Part shown: positions 52,771-64,000 of the stretch, one piece after another
Layout of the letters: every line of letters begins with the position of its first letter
How positions within the stretch are numbered: the stretch's first letter is position 1
Source: Callorhinchus milii
Lineage: Eukaryota
Reading direction: 5' to 3'
Assembly (NCBI RefSeq): GCF_018977255.1
Contig: NW_024704743.1
Location: forward strand, 92,258,001 to 92,322,000
Length of the DNA: 64,000 bases
Made by a program: the position numbers and the translations under genes
The notes under the pieces: generated by a model
Databases searched by the model: none
What the model was told of the DNA's origin: nothing
The model's input: the letters and a program-made list of their open reading frames with translations, nothing else

Positions 52771-53444
52771 AAGTCATAAAGTCATAAATAAAAATAATCT
52801 AAGGTGAAACTCATGATATTGACATCTCTGTGAGCAGGAGCAGCACAGGAATGGAAAATTTTTCAGGTGCTGGAGTGGGAGGTGGTGACGGAGTGCAAGG
52901 ACTGCAGGGGCTCAGTTTAAAATAGAAGCAGATCCTATTAAATAAAACACCAAGGATGGTGAAACTTCAGTATAAATTACAGTGGGTATAATAATCTGTG
53001 CCAACCTGGCTCAGTTACTTGCACTATCGCCTCTCAGTCAGAAGGTTGTGGGTTCAAACTCCACATCAGAAGTTAAAACCCATAGTCTATGCTGACACTC
53101 TCATGCAGTGCATGAGTAGGGGTGGTGGTCAGGATGGGGGAAAGATGACTGAAAGCATGTTAAAGAAGGAGGTCTTGAGATGGATCTGAGCTCAAGGGGC
53201 ATCCTATTATGAGAGATTGGGTAGATTGGGATTATATACCTTATGAACATTTCTATGGTTCTAAAGAAGTGAGCCAACCCAGATATTTCACAATTTGGCA
53301 AATCCTTGAACCCTTCAAATCCCCACCAAATCTCCCTCAAACAGCTGAAGAACATTATATACAATTGTGGACTGTCAATGAAGCAGCAGACAAAATCTCA
53401 AATGTCTGATTTGTATTCATTTATTTTTCAAAGGATATTAATGC

Positions 53445-53761
53445 TTGACGTGCTCTGGTCTGCTCCATGTTTCCCGCCCGACCTGCCCTACCATCGGTGG
53501 CCGGGCTTTCAGCCTCTTTGCCCCAACACTCTGGAACTCCATCCCACAGTCCCTTTGCTTCACTTGCTCCCTTGCCTCCTTCAAGGGTGGTCTCAAGACC
53601 CTTCTTTTCGATCGTGACTTCGGTCGCCCTCCCATCGCTCTGCCTTCCCTCACCCTTAAACCACCCCTTCCCCACACTCGGATCCCGACCCTTGACTGTC
53701 CAGCGCTTTGGGACGTCCTCCTGACATGAAAGGCGCTCTATAAATGTAATTTTGTTGTTGT
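53445..53761 (+). mobile_element. L2 (lineage A) 3' end
   Basis: [28 protein letters not shown]; stem-loop and tail. Confidence 0.92.
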
Positions 53762-54157
53762 AGAGTCGATTGAAATCTGATAAGTCCTGATTGACAGGAC
53801 AGACCCTGACCAGGAGTTTCCACATCAGATGCAATTCAGCAAACTTTACAATTTCCTATCCTGACAATATTTCCAAGAACTATTTATAGCACAGCAGTCT
53901 ACTATTGATTTTAATAAAAATAATTATGGAAATATAAAGTCCTTAAGACATCCAAATCAATGGCTGATATCTTTTTCTCACAAGGAAATCTATTCAGCAC
54001 CTTCAATCATATGATAGCTGGACACACACCCCGAATGTCAGCACATTTTGAACAAACAAACTTGATGTGAATTTAAATAGTTTTATATTGCTGCTGAATT
54101 CTCCATTTCAAATTTGGGCTTGAAACAAGGACTTTTGAAAAAAGTACTATTTCAGCG

Positions 54158-54450
54158 ACAACAACAACTTGCACTTATTAGCGCCCTCCACTCAAAGTAG
54201 CGTCTCAGAGCGCTTAACTGTGGGGTGGGAGGTGAGTGATTACGGTCGAAGAGGAAGGTTTTCAGGCAGAACTTGAAAAAGGGGAGAGAGGTAGCAAGGC
54301 GGATTGGAAGAGTGTTTCAGAGTTTCAGGTCTTAGTGGCTGAAAGCGCAACCTCTGATGATAGAGTAGAGGTTACGAGGGACGAGCAGGAGGGCAGTGCC
54401 AGTCGAGCGGAGGTGCAGGGTGGTGGATTGGGGAGTAAGGAGGTTGGAGA
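54158..54450 (-). mobile_element. L2 (lineage B) 3' end
   Basis: 'acaacaacaacttgcacttattagcgccctccac' tail. Confidence 0.8.
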
Positions 54451-54549
54451 AAGATCTCTTAACAGGATCCTTTATGCAGATATAAACACGTTTTACATAT
54501 CGCCAAGCTGTTTTCCCTAATTAAGACATATCTGAACGTATAGAATTAA

Positions 54550-54840
54550 CACTTCAGTGCAGAACTGGGGGAGCTGTTTTTTTTTTTGGATGAGACATTA
54601 AATCAAGGTTTACAAATTTTGAGGTGGAGATTAATGACACCATTTAAAAAGAGAAGGATGTTTCTTCATGGGTTGACCAACAATCCTCCAGATTAATTAA
54701 TCATTTGCCTCATTGTTGTTTGTGGGGCTTTGTTGGCACAAATAGCTGCCTCAGTTGCCTACAAAAGCCATCACTCCTTTTGATAGTGATAATTTGAAGG
54801 ACTTTGAAATGTTTTGAAATAACAAGGTACTGCAAAAATG
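54550..54840 (+). mobile_element. Degenerate Deu-domain SINE
   Basis: 'ggatgagacattaaatcaagg', 'caacaatcctccagat'. Confidence 0.65.
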
Positions 54841-54934
54841 GATGTTCTCTTTCGTTATTATTAGGAAATCTTTATTTTCTCATTATCTTTATTTTTAAAA
54901 TCTTTTCACGATTAATTAAAACCCAGCCCTTTTT

Positions 54935-55147
54935 AATTCATGTTGAGGATGTGGATGATGCCAGCATTGGTGGCAGTTATTGCCCATCTCCAGTTGCCCT
55001 GAGAAAGTATTAGTGCCGTATTTGTGGTGATGCTGCATCCTTAATGGTATGAGGTAGGAAGTTCCAGAACTTTGCCCCAGCAACAATGAAGCAATGTCAA
55101 TGGACATATCCAAATCAGGACGATGAATGGCTTAGAGGGGAACTTGC
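54935..55147 (-). mobile_element. 3' end of a CR1/L2-group LINE of a further family
   Basis: 'ttattgcccatctccagttgccctgagaa...gaggtaggaagttccagaactttgccccagc...gaggggaacttgc' resembles an antisense LINE end common in shark genomes (recognised from memory). Confidence 0.55.
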
Positions 55148-55164
55148 CAATAAGAACCAGTATT

Positions 55165-55590
55165 GATCAGTTGGTAGCAATCTTGCCTGTAGGTCAGAAG
55201 GTTGCAAATTCAGCATTGTAACTTTGATCTCACAGTCTAGGACAACACTGTAGTGCGGTAATGGGGGAGTCCTGCATTGTGAGAGAACCTGTTCTATTGA
55301 TGAGATGACGTCCCATCTGCCTGTTCAGGTGAACATGAAAGATCCTATGACAACCATTTAAAAAGAGAAGAGAATTTTTTCTTGTGTCCTGATCAACAAT
55401 TTTTCAGATAAATTGCTCATTTAAGTGCTCCGAGATGCCACACAGCATGAAGGGTGCTATATAAATGCAAGTTGTTGTTGTTCACTCATTCTATGTTGTT
55501 AGTGGGACTTGTGTGCTCCGTTTGCCTACAAATACAGTTATTGCACTCAACATCAAACCTGTGAATCCATTTGAGATGTTTCAACATTAC
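55165..55590 (+). mobile_element. Deu-domain SINE with a nested L2 tail (55423-55482)
   Basis: Head 'tcagttggtagcaatcttgcctgtaggtcagaaggttg', Deu core. Confidence 0.8.
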
Positions 55591-55744
55591 AAATCTATAT
55601 TATATATTACTAATAATGTTTATTACGAGTGATCAATGGGATTCCCACCATCGATTGTTAAAACATTTTTCCCAAACGTTGTTTTCTTCAGTTATTGAAT
55701 TACTTGAGGCATTTGATCTTTCTGCTGTGAGGATTTAAGCACAT

Positions 55745-56065
55745 TTTTACATTTGTGGGTGAACATGGCAGACAATTTGTGCACTGCAATGTCCTACAAA
55801 CAGCCATGAAGTGAGTGATCAATTTTATCTCATGACTTGTTGACCAGGACACCTTGAGAAACTCACTTCTCTTTTCCAAAAGTTCCATAGGATATTTAAT
55901 GTCCACCATCAGGTAGATGTGACCTCAGTACCTCTGACTATCCAGGGCTCCCCCAACACTGCATTGCAGTGTCAGCATAGACAAAGAGTTCAAAGTCCCA
56001 ATGTGAATTTTTAATTCACATCCTTGTGACCTAGAGACGAGAGCTTGACCGACTGAGCCACGCTG
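55745..56065 (-). mobile_element. Deu-domain SINE
   Basis: Antisense Deu core and head. Confidence 0.78.
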
Positions 56066-57034
56066 ATACCAAAAGCACCATATTTTAGAATAGGATGGAA
56101 CTTGGTTTTGATGCAACCTTTCTCCTTCCTGCACTTAAAAAGTGTTGAATATTATTCTCATTGTGTATGTTAAAAATGGGGAGACATACCATTAAATAGC
56201 GTCCTTTTATTTTTGGTGGATAAGATGCCCCCAAGGCATATCTTGTTACTATCAACCACATGTGAATATATTTCATTGCGTTGGAAAGCAGCAGTATGTT
56301 CCTGCCACTCTGTCTGATTGTGAAAATATGACATATGCATTCAGCCCGACAAGCACAAGAAAACATATCAATCGATTTGATCCCCGTAGCTGGATTCGCT
56401 ATTAGCTATTCAGAGTTGTAAGCAGCAAATTATGCTGTTAACCAGCAGTACATCACAACCGACTCTCAGGATCCTTCCTTCTTAGTGTTGGAGGTAGATC
56501 CTGGTGATCCTGCAAGTGAGTCTGACCATAGACTGTCTGATTGACAGTGACTGTCCCTCAGTGAAGCCTGTGGATATGTTTCATCATAACCTTCACCCAA
56601 ACTAATGTGTTGGGAGTTACCTTCACATCTCATCTTGGCTTGTCTCCTCCTTCTGGCACCTTTGCCACCTTTGACCATTTCACTCTCTACCACCTTTGTT
56701 CTTAAAAATCATTATCATCTTTACTCAGAGGTTAATTAATGAGGTTGCTGGGATGAGGGTTGATGCCAAGATAGTGGACTGATTTAAAATGCAGAACGTG
56801 GATGGGAGAACAATAGGGTGGTTAATTCAGGAGGGATGGGAGCCTTATTTATCCAGACTAATTGTATGATCTTGTGATCTACATCCCTCTCAAATCTTCT
56901 GTTAGCTTCTTTTTTGAAAATTCCTCCTTCCTCTCAGTCGATGCTCCGAGCATCTTTTCACTCTGGGGTGACTTTAGCTAACATTGAACAGCATACCCCC
57001 AGTATTTATAATGTACAAGCCTTATTATTGATCA

Positions 57035-57765
57035 CTCTATCTTCCTCCAACACTTCTCCTCTCACCTCAATCTGGTCTTGCCCTTGATTGGTTCAGATCC
57101 TATCTTTCACAGCATCTCCACATTGTCTCCACAAACGGCTTCTCCTCCAGTCCCTGAACAGTCTTGTGCGGTGTTCCTCAGGGCTCTGTCCTTGGTCCTC
57201 TCCTCTTCAACATGCTCTCTCTTGGTGACATATCCACAGACATGGGGTCAACTTCCAAGTGTATGCAGACGACACACAACTCTATCTCCCTGCCTCCACC
57301 ATTGACTCCAGGACCACTGCTGTCCTTTCAGACATCAAGTCCTGGATGAGAGCCAATCTTCTACAATTGAATGTCAACAAGATTGAGGCCCTCCTGATTG
57401 GCTTCCATCAGAACCTCCACAAACCTCAGGCACTGACAACTTCACCATCTGTGGAAGCACACTCCACCTTATTAAGCCAGTCCAGAACCTTGGCATCTTG
57501 TTTGACCCTCAACTGAACTTTCTACCCCACATCCGAGCCATTACCTGCCCTGCTTTCCCCACCACCGCAAAATTGCCTGGTTTCATCATTGCCTCACCCT
57601 CATGCTGCCAAAACTCTCATCCATGCAGTTATCACATCTAGGCTTGACAATAACAACAACAAAATTACATTTGTATTGCGCTTTTTGCGTCGGGAAGACG
57701 TCCCAATTGTCTACACCAACTGCCTGTCTGTCGGCCTTTCCAACTCTTCCCTCCACAGATGTGAG
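57035..57765 (+). mobile_element. L2 RT fragment with a nested antisense tail (57649-57710)
   Basis: [37 protein letters not shown]. Confidence 0.9.
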
Positions 57766-57996
57766 CACTCAGAGGTGAGGAAAGTAGTCCTTGTCAGGGA
57801 CTGGATGTTGGGTAGGAAGAACAGATGACGATCGAACCTAATGCTTAGCTTGCTCACAGGTTCAGCAAATCTGAAGGATAGGCCTGGAAGGTAAAGGAGG
57901 TTAGAGATGCAAGTGAGAAGACATTGACGGGAGCCAAGGAGTTTAGCTTCTGTCTTGTCAACACTTAGCTGCAGAAAGTTGGCACTTATCCAGGCA
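57765..57996 (-). mobile_element. L2 (lineage B) fragment
   Basis: Homologous to 62200-62425 and 23660-23790. Confidence 0.75.
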
Positions 57997-59057
57997 TTAG
58001 TTTAGTTATTTTAAAATGAGATACCTGCAGATTTATCAATTTATCAATATCCCTTGTTACATTATTGTGCCCTTCACGATGTTAAGATAGACAAGTTGTA
58101 TAGAGTTACTGCTCTCTCCAGCATGGACAGTGGAACTGTGTGATAAAGTGTCTCGTTTAAGGTGTGAATAGATGGAATCTCATAAAGCCAACCACAAATA
58201 GTGAGGAGCACCCACTATCTCAAAAGGTCAGTTTCAGTTTTCCTCTGAACAATAATTCTAAATAATTGAAAAATGGGGAAATAACGGATGTCTGACAGAC
58301 ACCAGCAATTATAACATTTCAATCTAGAGGCACTTTCCTGTTAAGAATTTTTTTGACAACAACAGCATCAAGTACTGGATGTTGTTGCTGTCAATTTTTT
58401 TTGATGCTTTCAAAACATCAAGAAATCAAATCTTGTTAATAATTAATAATAATATGGAGCAAATATTTTCCCTCATCATTTCTGCATTTGTTGGTAACTG
58501 TGTTCTGGTCCCCTTGTTGCTCTCTTCCTTTTTGTTGCAGTGCAGTCCAATTGATTTATGATGATGTTGCGTCCTTTTATTTTGTGTGTGACTCAGATGT
58601 CTCATAATCTTTGCATTTTCATTTACTGCCTTGTTGTGTACTGTGCTCCACAAATGACTTTTCTAACAATCAAGTGAGTTAGGAGTAATTTTAAATGTTT
58701 TTGTTTTGACAATCATGCCATACAACCGTATAGAACAGAACTTTATAATTACTGTTTTTTTCCTGCATTGAATTTAATGCTGTATTTATATAATATGTTT
58801 GGTTCCAAAATAATTGGAGATATTCATATCAAGAGCAAGATTGATTTGGTTGGAAAATATTTTGTTCAGAGGAATCTAAGTGTTATGTTCTCTGTGCTGC
58901 TTTTTATATGCATTTTGACTGTTGAAAAGATTGAGTGTGTGTTTAACTCCCAGTCTTATCTCTCAGTCTTTAGGCCTCAGGTAGAGAGCTTTGTCAGTTT
59001 TTACCAAACTGCTGCATTCTATGAACAGAACTGAAGTTCCCGCTCAGAGGAAGAATT

Positions 59058-59390
59058 AATAATAATCATTGTATTTGCTAGGGCGTCTTTCACATCAAGA
59101 GGACATAACAAAGCATGTCACAGGATATACTGTAAAGCATATCTACTGTGTATTGTGTTAGGCAAGTGAAGTAGGACGCTGGTTGTCTGCATGTCCAATC
59201 ATCCACACGGACTCTGAAGTGGAAGTTGGACCTAAGGTTGTGAGATGCCACCAAAACAATACTTTTGTGCGCGTGAGTGATGCTGCACACTGTGTGAGGT
59301 TGTTTGGAATGTTCTGACTCTGATTGTGTATTTCGAAGGTGAATGCAGTAGGCAATTTGCACACAGCTATTCCACAAACAGCTATGAGGC
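59058..59390 (-). mobile_element. SINE 3' half interrupted by a 170-bp insert
   Basis: Antisense tail 59058-59154 resumes at 59325-59390. Confidence 0.75.
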
Positions 59391-60884
59391 AACACCTGAA
59401 TCAAGCCCTTTGGAATCAAGCAGAAGCAAATCAGTAAAAACTACATGTATCAAAATAAACTGGAATTGGATCAAATAGAAAATGCAATACATTTTTTAAA
59501 AAGCTTCAGAATTGAGCAAAATGGAAGTGCTGACATTCTGTATAAATTTTGCTTTATTAGAATTACATCTATTGATTTTTTTGCACAGTACCACAGTAAT
59601 GCAATATTTTGAGTAGAATGGTAAACGTCTGTTTTATTTATGAGCCAACATCTGATGAAAAGTTTTATAGCTGGGCTCTAAAACAAAGAAAATGAAACCA
59701 CAATTCTGCCATACTGCACAATTTGTACTGCAGAGGGAGACAAAATGGAATCCCCCTCTGCAGAGAAAATGCAATGATGAACATCAAGATAGTTTAGACT
59801 ATTTAGTGAATGCAGTTACTCTTAGCACTTAATAGAACACACAAATGCAGCTTAATTTATTACTAACAGGGGCTAAGTAATTCTACTAAAGGTTCTTTGA
59901 AATTATTAAAATGACACTTCCTTCAAGCCCAAATGAGACTTTCTCACAAGTAGAAATGTGACTCATTCCCCTTTAAAGCTACCAGGAGAATGAGAGCTTT
60001 ACGCGTGTGTCTTTGCTCAGACCTCCACTCACCAGCGCCAAATGCTATGTGTTTTTTAACTGCAATAAAGAGCTATGAATGTGGCTGCTTCTTTAATAAC
60101 ATTAAAAATGATCCCTTAAAATTTCCTGGGAGGTTCAAGGATTGCTCAAGAGCTTTTAATGCACAGACGTTAGTGGTGAGTGACTCAATTTGAAATGTCT
60201 TTGTTTATACTGTAAATATTTTCACTGCCAAAGTCACCTCCTCAAGGTAGGCAGGCTGAAGTATGAATCACTTCAGGTTTGTGCACCTCAGGCAGATTTA
60301 CATTGTGTTAGGATCCATTTAGTCTGATTTGATATAAAAAGCACAGTATACAAAGAATATTCAGCACAGAAACAGTCCGTGCTGGTGTTTATACCCCACA
60401 AGAGTCTTCAACCAATCCTTACTCCCTCCCATACTCTTCTATTCCCATTAACAGAAGGATATAGTGTTCTGGATGTAACGAGTGGAGAATGATCAAGACA
60501 AGCAGCAGATTACAATTGCTACAACAGTAGTTTAAAATATGTTCCAAAAAAGAGGGGCTAAACAAGGACAAGCTTCCTGAAGATCCATATAAATTACTCT
60601 TTACATATCACCAAAGACCCACAGAAGCCTTGGGCAAAGAAACCATCCTCTAATTGATTCTGCTGATTGTGATAAGTTGCTTGAAATATCTTGTATCTTT
60701 TTGATCTTATATTTTATGAGCAAAGAGAGTAACTGTTATTCAGGACATTTGCTAGTGAAGGACCTATGGCTATAGTGTATGATATTACCAAAGCTGAAAC
60801 AAAATAAATCAAAAAGACAATTAAGCAATTCAGGATTGTTGTCTCTGTAAGGGAGGTGACAGCTCTGAACTGAAGAGTGGAGAT

Positions 60885-61080
60885 AAAATCCTTGCAATTG
60901 ATACAGAACCTTATCACAACATCAAAACATCTCCAAGAGCTTCACAGGATTTACAGCAAACTGTATTGACTATATATTTATAGGTAAAGTAGTGTCCCAC
61001 AAATAACCATGAAATGACCAATTTTATCTGGAGGATTGTTGGCCGGATACAAGAGAAACTCCTTTTATCTTTTCAAATGG
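60885..61080 (-). mobile_element. Deu-domain SINE 3' part
   Basis: 'aatccttgcaattgatac', 'caattttatctggaggattgttggcc'. Confidence 0.72.
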
Positions 61081-61597
61081 CTTGCATGTTCATGAATATT
61101 TTGGAGTTTTAACTTTGATGACCTGAGAGTACATACATAGAACCTTCCCCGAGGAGCTAAATGGATGTGACAGAGTTTACATTCACTGATGTTTGTGGTC
61201 TGATAAAAGAGCGTATTTGATGCACAGAATGACACTTTATTTCATGTTTCCTTATATTCCTTTTATATATAATATTACTTTGGCTATTTGTGTTATTAAA
61301 CAGAGGCTTGTTCAAGATATCCTACTCCTATTCAATAATAAGTGCATTTACTTTTAGATTGCTCTTTATTAATTTTTAGAATGATCACACTCATAAAGTG
61401 AATGATAGATCAAGCTAAGTCTTCAGTAAATCAAATCACAAGATTGGAAGAATACATCCTACAAATAGAACTAATATTTTAGTTACAATTTGCCTTAAAA
61501 TGGGATGGCATTGAAGGGAACAGGACATCTAGAGATCTCTTGATTTTTAAAAGATCATTTTCAACTATATTATCTAGGATTTGGCAATTTACAATAA

Positions 61598-62995
61598 AAA
61601 CAACAACCTGCATTTATATAGTGCCCTTCACCTGAGGTAACATCCTGGAGCGCTTGACATTGGTTCAGTCTGATGCCGAGCCAGTGGGAGAGTTGACCGT
61701 AAGCACAATCAAAAGGGAAGGTCTTTAGGTGGGATTTGAAAGTGGGGAGGGAGGGAGCAAGGTGAAGGGATTGAGGGAGAGAGTTTCAGAGTTTTTGGAC
61801 GTAGAGTCTGAAGGCAACATCACCGATGGTAGAATGGAGGCACGAAGGACAAACAGGAGGCCAGAGCCAGCTGAGCTAAGGCAGTGGGTGGTGGAGTGGG
61901 AGTAAGCAGGCTGGATAAGTAGGGAGCTGCGAGGGCATGAAGGGATTTGAAAATTAGTGAGAGGATCTCGAAATCGATCCGTTCGGTGATTGGGAGGTAG
62001 TGGAGTCTGGCAAGGACTGGTGTGATGGGGTATGGAGTTTCGTGAAGAATTTTGAATTAATTGGATTTTTGTATGGTGGAGCTGGGGAGACCAGCAAAGA
62101 GGGCATTGGAATAGCCCAGCTGGGAAGTGACAAAGGCCTGGACAAGGAATTCAGCTGCATCAGTTGTGAGGTATGTGAGGAGGCGAGCAATGTGGCAGAG
62201 GTGGAAAAAGTGGTTATGTTCAGGGAATGGAAGTGTGGTAGAAAGGAAAGCTGGGTATCGAACTTGATGCCTAAGTTGCACACTGGTTTGGCAAGTCTGA
62301 GGGAGAGCCCGGGGAGGTTGAGGATTTCAGACCCGCAGCAGAGAAGACGTTGACGGGAGCTAACGAGTATGACTTCTGTCTTGCTGACATTCAGCTGCAG
62401 GAAATTTGCACTCATCCAGGCCTTGATATCCATCAAACAAACTGGCCCAGGGGACTGGGAGTCACAGATGGAGGAGGAGGAGGAGGAGAAGTAGATTTGA
62501 GGATGACATCGCCGAGAAGGAGGATGTAGATGAGCAAAAGAAGGGGGCCAAGGATGAAGCCTTGGGGTACCCGACAGGTGACCGGGCGGGGGTGGGAGGA
62601 AAAACCAATGGCTCAGATGAAGTGGAATAGTTGGTTAAGTAGGACTCCAACCATATGAGTGCGGTCCCACTAAGATGGATGAGGGAGGAGAGGCAGTGGA
62701 AGATGCTGGCGTGGTCGACTGTATTGAAAACAGCAGAGAGATCCAGGAGGACAAGTAGGCAAAGGGAGCCCTGGTCACCGAGAAAGAGGAAGTTATTTGT
62801 TACTTTGGCAAGTGCTATGGGCTGGGCGGAAACCGGACTGGAGGGGTTTGAGCAGGGAGTGGAGGGCGAGATGTGAGCGAAGTTGATTTGCAACCACCCA
62901 TTTGGCCAGGAAGGACAGGTTTGAAATGGGATGGTAGTATGCGAGGTTGAAAGGATCGAGAGTAGGTTTTTTAAGGAGGGCAGTAATGACAGCTG
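61598..62995 (-). mobile_element. 5'-truncated L2 (lineage B), ~1.4 kb, frameshifted
   Basis: [53 protein letters not shown]; (caa)n tail at 61599. Confidence 0.93.
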
Positions 62996-64000
62996 TGCGA
63001 TTCTTTAATAACTCCTCCAAATCACAAATGGTCACTACTTTCAATAACCAAAACAATGACACTCATTACCTTCCATTTCCATTTGTGACGAAGTAATCCC
63101 ATTAGAAATTGAATTGTTTTAGACATCTACATGAAGCACATCGAAAAGAAAATGACTAAACACACATGTATGGACCAGACAGACTTTATTCTGAAGACAA
63201 AAACAGCTCTTAGGTATGCAACATGTGATATCATCCAGCAGAAAGCATTCAAAACTAATATAATTTACAGAGTCTCAAGGCCTCCATTCCTGCTCTATAT
63301 TCCTGCAGATTGGCAGGTCTGTTTAGCAAAATTAAATCAAGACGTATACAGAAGAAATTTAATCTCTGCTACTGTGAAGATCTGAATTCAAAACTGCTGC
63401 ATAATTAAATTTGTGGGTGTGCTCAGCCACTCCATAAAATAGGTTTTGAATTTTCATTTTGTATAATAACCTTTGCACTTCACCAGAAATCTAATTTGTT
63501 CCTTATACCCACCACTATAATTGTGGTCGTCTTAAGGACAGCTTTCTTCATATTAGTTTTGTATTTACCTAACAAAAAATTCCTCTCTGCCAAGATGTCT
63601 AAAGTAAAAGCATTGCATTGCAGAACATGGGCTTTCAAAATAGAAGAGGGATAACAGCTGACACTATTGTTTCACAACTAGGGGAGTGACACAATTGCTT
63701 CTCCTTTACATAATGTTTTATGAGAAGTGTGACTTACCAGCTTCTGAGTGAGGCTACACTCCATAACTCTGCAGATTAGCTTTAAAACATAAAACAGAGT
63801 TTTGGCTCGTGAAAGTAATACCTGTTTATTTTAATGAGCCAATATTTTCTGGATATTTTCACAGGACAGCTGCAGTGCATAAGCTGTTTGTATCAATAGG
63901 CAGCATTCCCAGGATGTGTTACTTTGGTCCAGAAGTGATTGCATCTCTCTGGTGCCTCAATCAAAGGCACAACTTTACAAACAAGGTTTCAGATCAATAC

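Noticed and set aside
56445..56514. Exon-like segment QYITTDSQDPSFLVLEVDPGDPA with a gtgagt donor
   Set aside because: Weak acceptor, unrecognised peptide; within chance expectation.

Overview
This is a vertebrate, repeat-dense, apparently intronic or intergenic window, and I could not confidently identify any host protein-coding gene. The repeat set points to a cartilaginous fish, possibly a holocephalan (inference): L2 LINEs with (GTT)n tails, CR1 LINEs, Deu-domain SINEs and tRNA-Ala-derived SINEs carrying an L2 3' tail. Almost all listed ORFs are LINE fragments, antisense shadows of them, or noise. The best-preserved coding segment is a 5'-truncated L2 reverse transcriptase at ~36155-37535. 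Notable structures: (1) an L2 insertion with a 13-bp target-site duplication (TSD) and outward-facing tail repeats at both ends, with two possible smaller analogues; (2) a 189-bp near-perfect inverted duplication of unique sequence; (3) a 940-bp solo LTR with a 4x39-bp G-rich array, nested in an L2; (4) covarying 3' stem-loops shared by two L2 lineages and the SINE; (5) a 170-bp direct-repeat-flanked insert with an exon-like open frame; (6) an unclassified repeat present twice. Boundaries of old repeats are approximate, and family names come from motif recognition, not database searches.
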